From positions 38,195-102,194 of the forward strand of contig DF237276.1 in assembly GCA_000708835.1 (NCBI GenBank): a stretch of 64,000 bases of DNA, in the 5' to 3' direction. The number at the start of each line of letters is the position of its first letter. Positions within the stretch are counted from its first letter, which is position 1. The position numbers were made by a program, and so were the translations under genes. A model generated the notes under the pieces. It searched no databases. It was not told the origin of the DNA and worked only from the letters and a program-made list of their open reading frames with translations. Positions 1-12,018 of the stretch are shown here, piece after piece. Source of the stretch: Klebsormidium nitens (Eukaryota > Plantae > Klebsormidiophyceae).

Positions 1-857
1 GACACCAAGGGAGAGAGTGTGGGTTGAAACGCAGTCATTCCATTCTTTGCCGGTGTCAGCTCCTCAATTTTCGGGCGCCTGAAGCGGGGCCCGACTACAT
101 TTATGGTCCGCCATACAGATCAGATGTTTGGGCGGGCGGACTGCACAGTGATTGGAATCAAGGGGAGTGTGAGCTTTTGGTAGCCCTTTCTGTCGGTTCT
201 CTAGTACCGTAGGTTCATCATTGAATGCTCTTAGCATCAACGTGGCCTGTTGCGAAGACTGACGCTCATCCGGCGAAGTGACCTTTCATCGTCGGCTTTG
301 TCAGGTTCTCCAGCATTTGGCAAACGCTCGCCGTCTAGCTTGCTCTTTTTTCCAGATGTCAGGGATATTTGCAAAGCCCAGGAGTCAATTTTCTCTGGCT
401 TCATGGACTTTCGGCGATGTAAGCAGGAAGATTGAGGTGTAGATGCCTCTTTATGGACTAACAAGTTTCCAGATCAGCTGATGTAAATCAAGCTCGTCCG
501 TACTTTCTTAAGATGCTCCTTATCAACAGTCGACATTCGACATCACCCTTCCCAACCTTGACGTGTGCTGCCAACCGCGTGCTTGCACATCTGCAGCAGG
601 TTATTGGCCCAATTCTCGCGGGTCCAAAGGCTCGAGTGGTTCCCGGGCTTTGGAAATAAACTCCAGGAAACTATTTAATCGTGCTGCAGATCCTCATGTG
701 CGCGGTCAACGAGCAGTCGCGCATTTCCGCGCTTCTGCAGCGACTAAACAGTATCGATTGTCGCGGTTTGAAGCCCGGACAGTGAATAGACCCCTGGCCT
801 CGGCACCCTAAAAACTCGAGATTCCTAGAATTTACCAAAACCCTGATCCTGCTGCAG

Positions 858-3800
858 ATTCTCATGTGCACGGTCAACGAGCAATCGCGGGTGCGAGCGC
901 TCCTCGAGTCCGGGTGCCAACCGCTCGTGAGCTGCCTCACGGAGGACAGCCGGGGGATGACACGTGCCCTCCTGGAAGTGGTCGCCGCCGGGATTGTCCA
1001 GACGCCGCCCGACGTCCAGCGCTACATCAGGTGAGGTGGAGATGCTTCAAACGACGAAGCGCGTAGAGTTCGCGCCGAATAAGTCCGATGCCTACGAGAA
1101 TCTGCGTAGAGCCAGGAAGTCTTTCTGGCATTCACTGAATGGTCGTATTGCTTTGATATTGCAGCAGCAGGACTCCACAACATGGTCGAATGGATTGAAG
1201 CTTGGAGACGCAAATTGTTTTTACTCACCTTTGTGTCCAATTTCCTTCTCGACTCTAGGGCGACAGCTCTCACTTTTGTAAGACCATTTTCGGATTCGAG
1301 ACCCTTTGCTTTGTCCGTTGTTGGCTTCCCCGCAATATGCAATCCGAACCTTGTCCAACTGCTATTTGGGCGTTATTTCGTGATGCGTCTGCACGAACCA
1401 TCTGGGACCCAATCAATCGTTTGCTTGCCCCAAGATAGACACACCTAAAATCATCTAGTGCACCGGACCACAGGTGCACGCTTCTGGCGACCACCCGCCC
1501 TACGGAGGAGGTCTCCAAGGTCGCACTCGCGTCTCTCAAATGGCTGGGCGCCCACAACTTCATCGAATGGGAGAGCACCTCGGAAGACGGCAAACGCGGA
1601 ACTTACTCCCCCACCCCGCTCGGCCGCGCCGCCTTCGGGAGCTCGTTAACACCGGAAGAGTCCCTGATCGTGTTTACGGATCTTGCGCGGGCCCGCGAGG
1701 CGTTCGTCATGGCCACGGAGCTGCACACGGTATACCTGGTGACGCCGGTTTACATCGACGTGGCGCCCCCGGATTGGCAGCACTTTGCGCGCACGTTCTG
1801 GCAGATGACTGGGTTGGAGCAGAACGTGGGCACGCGCGTGGGGATCGAGGAGAGCTTCCTGCACAAGCTCGCGTCGGGTGAGGAAAATCTCCACTCTGTA
1901 GCTTTCTTCCTTTGTTTTAGCAATCTATTGCTTCTTCGTCATGATTGTTTCATATCTGCATCTCTTAATGTGGCTCTCTGTGTTCGTTACAAAAGACAGG
2001 GTTCGACGATGTAGTTAGCTTGATGTATACATAAGCAGAATCCATCTTCTTCTGCTTAACGAAGATCTTGGTGCACTTTTCGTTGTGGTGTGTCGAGCAT
2101 GCCAGGCCAGAACGGAAATCTTGATTTCTGCCATAGTTGGCATCCAGCAATCATCAAAAAGTACGACATTTGCTGGCTGCAGAAGCTCATGAATTTAGCC
2201 TGTAGTAGTGTCGAACCCCTACACAGCTCCAAGCAACATTTGAAACGCTTTTTCTCCGTCTCCAGGCGTCCTGCAAATCCCGAGAAGCAACCCAGTCACC
2301 GGCCGCCACGTGGCGCGCATCGGCGCCTCCCCCAAGAAGAGCCTGCTCGCCACGGGCGCAACGGCGGCCGCCGCGCGCAAAGCCAAGGAAGAAGACCAGA
2401 AGCGCATCTGCCAGCGTTTCTACGCCGCTCTAGTTCTCTCCAAGCTGTCGCAAGAGATGCCGCTTACCGAGGTCGCGCAGTGGTCTGGTTTGCCGAAGGG
2501 GACGATCCAGGGGCTCCAAGACGCGGCGGGGCGGTTCTCGGTGCTCGTGGCGGCGTTTTGCGAGCGGCTCGGGTGGCGCGACATGCAGGCACGTGGCGCA
2601 ACTTGATTGGATGGCCGCTCCTCGTTGCTCGACCGAAACTCCGCCTCTTCTTTCGACTCCTTCTCCAGGCCGTTGACTTCGATGTTCGCCGATTGCAGAG
2701 ACTCTGGGCGCAAGGAAGTGCAGTTGACGGAGTCGCAATCAAACCTTGCGCGCTTATTGGTGGCTGCTGGTTGGAAGAAGGCGCGTATGCCTCAGGATAA
2801 ACACTTATCGTGGTACCCTCTCCCAAATGCGTATTTGGCAGGATTGGAGTAGTTCCTATGATTTTTTGAGCGGTTCGAATGCTTATTAGGTATTTCCTGG
2901 TGACACCAACATGTCGTAGTGTCCCCGATCCATGTCTCCTGCCCGATTGTCGTCTTGGTAAGCCTCGATTTACTTGAGAGCTACCCTTTTTGGAGTTGCG
3001 AGCCCTCGGCAAAGCGACACAGAGCCGGCCCCCGCAATCAAACCAGAACTGGCACAACAGATTGTCAAATGCGCCGTGATCTCCGAACCAAGCCCACCGA
3101 GCTCAGCCGAAAGTCGCGCCCTAACCCTGAGGCCAACGACCCGTTCGGCTTTCGTAAGTACAACAGCGGCTGGAAAATCCCTGGTTCAAACTCTCAAACT
3201 TTGGCGCACTCCCTCTGCAGGCCCTCTTCACCCAGTTCCATTCGCGGGTCAGCTTCGGCGTCAAGGCCGAGTGCATCGAACTCACCGAGATTCCCAATGT
3301 CCGCTCCGCCCGCGCGCGCGCGCTCTTCAAGGCAGGGCTTCGGACGCCCCAAGCGGTCGCTGAAGCGTCCGTAGAGGAGATTGCATCCGCACTTGCGGCC
3401 GGGGGAGGAGCGGGCAGCCGGGGGTTGCACCTGGCGACAGCGAAGAAGATCCGAGTCGGTAAGGGATTTCACTGAATGTGGAGCATGTGGGATTGCAAAG
3501 ATTGGTAACAGATAAGGATGTCGGCTAAAAACCCATTTTTTAGGATTGTCGACGCTGGATGGAAGAACAGAAAAGTTGGATCTATTGACGTCTGGTAGTT
3601 GCAGCACAGAGCACTTCCTTTCTTGAAGACCTCTCCAGAGATGGAGATTCTGCATCATCACTTTGTATCAATCTGCACCGAGCAATGTTCACGGAAAAAC
3701 ATCCTTGAATGCAACCGGTGGCACAAGATCTAGAACTGTAAACGGTGGGTCGTGCCTGAAATTTCATTGTTTCGACTGTGTGCCGCAGGCGCCCGTCAGA

Positions 3801-6800
3801 TCGTCGTTGAGAAGGCGAAGGACGCAGCGGCCGCCATGTTCTCGAACCTGAGCGCGATCGGCATGAAGGTGTCGCAGCGTCAGATCCTGCCACTTGTCAG
3901 TCAGGTAAGACACCTGTGATTTCACTCCTTTGTAAGAGCTGCCGATGCATTTATAACAATCCGCAGCTTTTCACTACTCGAAGGACTCCAAGCTTTGAGA
4001 ATTGAAAGCTTCGGCATGCGTGAACGGTCGATTAGCGTCCTTTTACCCCCTTGTATCAGCCTTTGTGAAGGAATGTTTCCATTGTAGAAATTGTTCAGGA
4101 GATGAATACCGACTGAGAACGAGACGCGACATACCCGCGCGGCGCTGGAATCGACTCAATAGGTTTCAGAAGGACCCACATGGTTACTTGACGCACCCTT
4201 CTCCGCTTAACAGGAGACGCTACTCCAGGCCGAACCCCTCCCGTCACCACTCGCAGCAGAGGCGACGCCAAATGAGAAACCGGCGCCCGGGCCCCCTGGT
4301 ACTATTTCCGCAGAGGCACCCCTGTCTAACCTTGGGGGTGCAAGACCGCAGCTCCAGTCCCCGAATGAGAAAGAGCCCACCGGAGAGTTTACAAGGCCTC
4401 TCCACAGGCCGGGAAAGGAGCCTGTAGACATGGACATTGATGAGGGCCCTGTAAACGACGGGGTTGCGTGGAGCAACCAGCCCGCAAGCGGTGTGCTGGT
4501 CAATCGGCCCCAGTTTACAAGGCCTGAAACTGCACAAAGTAACCTCGGAGCCAGTCATTCAGTGCGCCCGCAAGTAGATGACCCTAGGAGTAATCCCAGA
4601 CAGGCCGCAATGCAGACTGAAACGCGAGGGTTAAGCAGGTTCTCCGACGAGCAGCAGTCGAATAGAAACGGAGCGCTCGTTCCGGCCTTGCACAACGGAA
4701 TGCCTCCCCCTCCCGCTGCCGGCATTTGTTTCTCAGTTCACGCGAACCGGTCGCCTGAGCCACTCCGTTTACCCCCCCATTCTGGCCCGGTGGACGTTGA
4801 CAAGCTCCCCGGGGGTTTTGACGCCTTTTACGACCACTGGGCATCCGCCGAAGAGTTTGCATACGAGCTCCACATAAGCGGGCAGGAGAAGGCGAAGGCG
4901 GAGGGGGGGCCGTGGGAGATCGAGGGGCTCGCGGTTGCCTGGGAGGGATCCCCCGTGTTCTACGTTTCTCTAGCGCGCGCACCGAAAGCGCGCCTTAATG
5001 GGGGTTCGCTCGAGATTTCAAAGACCCTGGAAAGCGAGGGGGGGGACTTGGCGGGGGGGGACCGGAGACGGCTCGCCGTGGAGCAACGCTGGCAGACGGT
5101 CAGGGGGGTGTTCGAGAAACGGGGGGTGCGGAAAGTTTCCTGGGACGTCAAAGAACAGCTCTTGGCGTTCGGAAACGCGATCGTGGCCACCGGAAAGGAG
5201 GCGGCTGGCAGCCCGGTCAAGGAGGCGGTTAACGGCCCGGTTAAGGAGGGGGTTAGGGGCCCGCTCGGGGAGCTGTGGGCGAAGCAGGGGGGGCAGAAGA
5301 AGTGGGTTAGGCTGCCGGGGATTTGCCCGGCGGACCCGCTACTGGACGTCCGGATTGCCAACTGGATGCTGCTGCCGGACAAGGAGAGCGCCCGACGGGT
5401 CAGTTTACCGTTCGCTAACGCTTCTGGGAGAGCGCTTTACTGTTTCGCGGACTTGATTCGTCAGGCGAGCTCTAGTCGGGAGAGAAAGACTTTTTGCGAC
5501 GCTTGCCTCTAAGATTTGAGCGATCCTTTAGTGAAGCGCTTAAGCCTGAAATATGTGACTCAGTTTCTTGTTGCCGGCTGCTTCTCTTTATTCGTGGAAC
5601 TTCTTCCCTTGTTCCCAAATGCCCACCTTGACAAAAGACGACCGGACACGACATTGTCGCCACGTCCTGACATGCTTCCTATGACGGTCAGATTAAGCGG
5701 TGCATATACTTTCAAGAATCCTTCAGCGTCGCTTCGTAACTGTTGACTTTGATACCTTGGAAAGCAATGGGGGATGAGCAGAAGTACGGTCAACAAAGAA
5801 GATACGCTTAAGAGCGCCGTAAACCTGTCTCATCCATCGACCCCTTCAATCTCAAGCAGGTTTCGCTCGAAACCCTGGTCAAGGAACGAATCGACGCCGA
5901 AACGACGATCGCTTTGAGCCGCGCCGGGCGTTGGGCTGACGAGCCGGGGAGCCACTCCCGTGTGGCGGCCAACGGGTGCTGCCGGAGGGTTGCCCAGGTC
6001 GCCGCTCTGTGGACCTGGGTTAAGGGCAAGTTAAGCGGGGAGGGTTTGCTTGACCCGCTGGGAAGCGTGGAGATGCCGCTGGTGCGCGTGCTGGGCGACA
6101 TGGAGAAGTGGGGGATAGTGTTCGACTCGGCGGCCTGCCGGCGTTACAAGGGGTGAGCAAGAACAGCAGAACAAAGTGTTCGCAGTTTGCAACTGCTTCT
6201 GTTTGCTTTTTGTGGGTGCAATGTAGTCCGATGGTTCCTTCGCTTGCGGTTGGCTTTTCTAGCTCTGGTCTGAGATCCAAAAAAGAACGGGAAACAGAGT
6301 CGAAGGCTAGAGAGATTCTTGAAAGCGTCGATAAACTTTTCGCTGACTGTTTTGCCGATCTTCATTGCCTTCGGACCGCTGCGTCCTCCACTCTCGGCTT
6401 TCCATGTCCTTCTAGAGCAGAAAACAGGAGCTTCCAACATCGTCTTACCAACGGGTAAACGTTGACAAGCAGAGAGAGGTAAGAGATGATCAACGAACCG
6501 AGGGACGATGCAAACATGGAACGACCGAGCAACTAGAGAAGCGAGATTGTCTCCGCGCAGGCCGGTGGTTGAGAAGCTGCGCATTCTAGAGGGCCGCGCG
6601 CGCCAGCTGGTGGGCTGGCCCGAGTTCAACCTGTACTCGCCCCAAGACGTTTCGGAGGTCCTCTTCCAAAGGTTACAACTGCCCGTGCCTCCCGGAACGA
6701 AGCGGAGTCCACGCCACATCAGCACAGACAAGAGCGTGAGTCATTCATCCCTCTAGTCCAGTTTTTGGACAACTTGTCACCAGATTAGCCATTGCTAACG

Positions 6801-9800
6801 TACCAACAAACGAGCTTCCCAGTACGTAATGTCGGCGAACGAATCTGCTGGCGAAAGGTGCCGCACTGACAGGTGAAAGGTGGTCCTTGAAGAGTGTCTG
6901 AATGTAACCATTTGAAAGAAGCAACTTTGTCTTGAGGGTCAACTTTTTTGCTCGGCAATCCAACGGCTCCCATGAGTGTACAACCCTAGTGTCGGTCTTT
7001 GCTTGTCAAGCTGCTCGAAGTTTCCACTTGCTTGCGGTTGTTTGTTCCTTGCTGGCGCAACAATACTGCCTTCACGGATTCATGGTTTTACGATTGGTTC
7101 TTTAGCGCAACGGTATTTTTGTAAACGGCTTTTAGGACATCCCATTATAGGTCCACTCGAGTTGTTCGAGCTTCGAAAGAGCCACATCTTGTGTTTAGGG
7201 CTCATTGGGATTCGCACGAAATAATCACGAGATATCATCATCGGTCATCTCAGGTTCTCCAAGCTCTGAGAGACCAGCACCCCGTGATAGAGCTCATTCT
7301 GGAGCACCGCACCCTCGCCAAGCTCCTCAAGTCGACGATCGAAGCGCTCCTCCAAGAGGCCAAAACCGCACGGAGCTTTGGACCGGATGCGGACGGCCTT
7401 GGCTGCGACGCGGACGCTTTCGGACGCCGTTCAGACGGTTCCGGTCGGACTCCGGACGGCCTCAGACGGGGTGCGGACGGCAACGGACGGGTTGCGAACG
7501 GTGACGGACGGGGTATGGACGAATTTGGACGGAGTACGGACGGTTCGGGACGGAAGTCGGACGGCTTCCGGCGGGTTTCAGGGGCGTCCGAGAGGGGCGG
7601 AAGGGCGCCCCGGCTGCAAAAGATCTACGGGACGTGGCTCCACACGGCAGCGGCAACTGGGCGGCTCGCGATGGAGGATCCGAGCCTGCAGTGCATTCAG
7701 CACAGCATCTCGTTCTCGCTTGAAACGGATTCCGCCCGGCGGAGGTTGGGCGGAGCGTCGGAACAGCGGAACCGGAACGAGGGGACGAGCGACGGCATGA
7801 CGACGAAAGCAGGTAGCAGAGATCAGACGCTCGCAGCGTTCGGGGCTGCGCAGCGGCGCAAGAGCGGGACGCAACTGGGCGGAACCGAAGCTAGGACTGA
7901 CGTAGGACGGACAGGCACCGCACATAACGGAACGGAAACGGAACGGAACCAGACGGACGGCGACCGGGAGATCTCGCGCCGGCTGAGCGGGGGCCACACC
8001 CGGCGCGTCGAGGTCAACATCCGGAGCGTCTTTGTGCCGACGTCACACAGCTGGGCGCTGATGTCAGCGGACTACGCGCAGGTAGAGATTCGAATGATGG
8101 CGCACTTTTCAGGAGATGCGGGGCTAGTGGCTCTGCTTTCGACACCTGGCGGGGACCTGTTCCGCATGATTGCGGCCAAGTGGGCGAGCATTGATGAGGC
8201 GGAGGTGCTGCCGAAGCAGAGGGAGGCCGCCAAGCACCTTACCTACGGTGAGCCAAACCCTCGAGTATCAGCCGTAAAACCCTGACACAATGAATTTCTT
8301 AAAACCACCCTGAAACATGAACACCCGGAAAGCTTCCAGAATAAGCTTATGTCGGATCATGCTCCTTCCCGCTTTCCCTCGCTTACCTGACATATTCCGC
8401 CTTCCATGTTGTCTTTGCACCTCCCGCTTCCTTACGATTGTACTCCTGAATAACGTGAGAGTACGTCAGAGGGGCCGCGAGAAGTGTACTTCATTCGTTG
8501 GCAGACGAGATTGCGGCAATTCTTCTCTACAAATCTGGTTCCGTTGCCAGATTGGAAGGCTTGTTGAGGACAGGATTGCCTCGATTCCCTGCCTTCACTG
8601 CTCTGATAACAGCAAGTGACGATTCTGCTCTCAGATTGCCATTCAAATCCCCTCAGACCCATCAAGTCTTGTCCACGAAGAGTATGAATCATAGAGACCC
8701 TAGTTCGTTTTTTCCAATAGGCATCCTGTACGGTATGGGCGTCGAAGCGCTTGCGGAAAAGCTGGGCGTCTCCAGCAAGGAGGCGGCCACGTATAGAACC
8801 GGGTTCTTGACCGCCTTCCCCGGAGTCACCAAGTGGATCGATTCTACACAGAGGGCGTGCCAGGCCAAGGGCTACGTCTCCACGCTGAGCGGGCGGCGGC
8901 GCTATTTGGAGCACATCAACAACGGGGGCCGGCAAAAAGCCAGGGCCGAAAGACAGGCAGTCAATTCCGTGTGCCAGGTGCGAAAACCACTAGGATTGGT
9001 CTTTGATGGCAGGCAACCCGCAGAAGTGCCTTTGCAGGACACCAAGAAAAAGGCAAACTTTTCTGATTCTTGGCAGAGCAAGATAGAGTAGACATCCAAC
9101 CAAGGCAGAGCAGAAATACGCGCCCTCAATTTCGACTCGTGCATTCGGTTACTCTGGGGAGACGAGTTGCGAAGCTTTTCTACTTTCTCAAACGGCCCGC
9201 TGTTTCCCTCCAGGGCTCTGCGGCGGACCTGATCAAGCTGGCCATGATCAACGTGCACGGACACATGACCGGACGCGCGAGCACCGTGTCCGAAACCCTA
9301 ACCCCTCCCAACGGCTCGCTCGTTGGCAAGTGCCGGCTCCTCCTCCAGATCCACGACGAACTGTTGCTCGAAGTCGAAGAGAGCGCGCTGCGGGAAGTGG
9401 CGCGCATGGTGCGGTCGTCGATGGAGAACGTGGTAACGCTGGCAGGTGAGCCCGGGCGGACGTCACTTTGTCTTTTTCACAAAACTGCGTTTTAGAATGT
9501 GGTGAGTGGAAGTCCAAGAGAGCGCTTCGGAAAGTGGCGTGCGTGGTGCGGTCGTCGATTGAGAAGTTGGTAACGCTGACAGGTGAGCCCGGGCGGACGT
9601 TACGTCGGCCCTTTGATGCATTCTGCTCTTGAAAAGTGCGGCGAGTGACATCGAAGAGAGAGCGCTGCAAGAAGTGGGGCGCAATGTACGGTCGTAACGC
9701 TGGCAGGTGAGTCCGGGCGGGAGTTTTTTCAAAGAGGATTGTCTTGTTTTGAGAATGTGGTTGAAGGTCGAAGATGTGCGCTCAGGAAGGTGGCGCGCAC

Positions 9801-10537
9801 GATGCGGTCGTCCTGAAGAACGTTGTAACGCTGGCAGGTGAGCCCGAGCGGGGCGTTACATCGTTCTTCGACAGACGATTCGGCTTTCAGAGCCCGCTGC
9901 TCGAAGTCGAAGAAGCACGTTGCGGGAAGTGGCGTGCAAATGACGAGGCCAAACTTGCACTCCTGTTCCCAGGAGATGCAGGATTGCTATTCTGACGTTC
10001 AAGCCAAAACGTGTACGAAATTACGTCTGGCAGTGTCGTAAGATCAGTCCGCATTCGATGGATATTTGTGAGTGAGGGAAAAGCAAGAGTGCAACTAGTC
10101 ACTGCGGGAAAGCTTCGGCTGCCTTCTTCGATAGTGCAGAAGGTTCGGACCCCAAACGGCGCTCTGCGTGGCTCTGGGGCCAAGCTTTTTTTACGCTGGT
10201 CTCTGTCAAACCTGCTGGCAAGAAGAAAGAAACCGTTGGAGGTAGTGCTCAGTTGTGGCAACGATCAAATGATTCGAACTTTGGCCGCTCGTGTGTTTGG
10301 GTCTCTGTTGACACGATTTTGCAACCTTCAGTTGAGCTGATTCTAAACTTGTCGCACTCTGTCTCTGCAGTGCCCCTCCAAGTCAAACTCCAGGTCGGCC
10401 CATCGTGGGGCCAGCTCCAAGCCTATGACGAAAGGCTGACGTCACACGCTCTGCCAACCCAATTGACCCAGGCGGCCCGCGGCATTCACGGGACACCCAT
10501 GGAAACCGACTGTAGCCCAATCAGAAGAGGAGGGTAG
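858..10537 (+). CDS. POLQ: DNA polymerase theta / TEBICHI (C-terminal part of helicase region plus family A polymerase); 5' end lies upstream of the window
   Basis: Exons 858-1030, 1474-1877, 2266-2588, 3221-3458, 3789-3904, 4214-5398, 5860-6152, 6561-6735, 7254-8247, 8721-8977, 9214-9445 and 10371-10537 join in frame. Plant TEB-like peptides include SCLTEDSRGMTRALLEVVAAGIVQ, TPLGRAAFGSSLTPEESL, RVSFGVKAE, NGCCRRVAQ and EMPLVRVLGDME. PolA motifs include TAAATGRLAMEDPSLQ, ADYAQVEIRMMAHFS, KHLTYGILYGMG, QGSAADLIK and LLLQIHDELLLEV. Confidence 0.95.
9500..9940 (+). repeat. Decayed tandem copies of the POLQ exon 3' end plus splice donor
   Basis: gtaacgctg(g/a)caggtgag(c/t)ccg(g/a)gcgg recurs near 9570, 9690 and 9825 after the true donor at 9445/9446, with one more partial copy near 9900. 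Confidence 0.85.
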
Positions 10538-12018
10538 GATAGGGTAGTAACGATATGTTAAACGGACACAGGACCTCGATTGAGTAGCATAGTGAAGGTT
10601 TAAAAGGTCAAGGCGTGCTGTAGCGATTTTTTGGAATAGGGGTACTGACCCGTAGGGGTCAGCAGGAGATCACCAGGCGGTGCGTCAATCAAGCACCCGA
10701 AAGGTATACAGATGACATAAGTGCGAGTCCAAAGTTGAGATTTGCAAGCAAAGATCAACAGGCTCTTGATACGAGAATCCTCCAGTTTACCAGGCCTTTA
10801 GAGGTCTGATGACAGCTGCCAGGGCCTCGCAATTTGTTGGTTTTTGTGGGAAGCCATCTACGGTATCTTACTTAGGCTAATAAAGCATGTACATGTACCG
10901 TCAGCGGCCGCCTGTCTGTCATGCACTGGCTCGACTCACCCGATGCTCGCGCGTTACTCGCGCTCAACACATGCGACCGTATCCGTCATCGCGTGACGCG
11001 CGCATACGTCAGGATCTTGTTCGAGTGCAATCATATATGCAAGGACCACCTACTAATCGACGGTCACATTGTCCAGGCAGGATCGGCTCCTCAGGCAATG
11101 GACGGTTCAGGATTGTCTTTTTGAACCCATTCACACCAGAATGATTGTTTGTCGCCCCCCGCTAGATTCTCGCGCTCGCGTGCTAGATTGTGCCCCGCTC
11201 TCGTCGGGGGTGAAATCGAAAAGGGAACATGCATTCATGCGCCGGGATTGATAGGACTACAAATCAATCCTTTGCAATCCTCTCTGCTGCGCCATGGCGC
11301 CATTTTGGAGGGAAGTCGGCGCAGTCAATGGCTGCTGCGCCTAGGAAGGAGGACATGCTCTATCTGTAAACAAATCCTAGAGTTCGCACAAGGGATTCTG
11401 CATCTGTGGTGAAGGTTTTGGCCTAGGTGTATAAGAAGGGGCTTTGCACGGCTCCTCAGTTCATTTTTCCAGGAGTCTCGTTTTGAGAGCTCCAGAGATT
11501 GGACTCTTTGCCTCTCCAGCTCGTCTTACAGCTCTTCCCGGCTTAAGGCCTCGTTCTCGGAAAACTGCCGGCAGGCGGAGCTCCTCACAAGCACGTATTG
11601 CGGGGGAGTTCCGAAGCTTAACTCATAGCTGAGCATAACAAAAGTGGGGCGACAGTAAACGGTGGATACCCCGGGGGTTAGATTATAAGGAGGCGTGACT
11701 TTGGTGGATACCCTCAAAGGGTTGGAGGTGCTGGCTAGGTGGCTGAGGACTACGGAAGTTGCTTCTTCTGCTGTAAAGACTATAAGAACGGGCAAGGCTC
11801 CTTGAGGGATGTGTCTGGTTAGCCCGGAGTAAGTCCCAGAGCCGGAAGGTTCTGGTTAGGTGCTGGTTAGGTTCTGGTTAGGTTTCTATAACGTAGCTCG
11901 CTGCGGCGGGTCAGCGCGAGCAAGAACAGGAGTTGAGCTCTCTGCATACGCGAGCACACGGGCTGGTAGCAAACCCTCCGAGACTGAGAGATTGAATAAG
12001 ACCATCGCAATCTGTAGT

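Noticed and set aside
11848-11886. (ttctggttagg)x3 resembling telomeric TTAGG
   Set aside because: Only three imperfect 11-bp units; most likely a simple local repeat near the Tubby 5' region.
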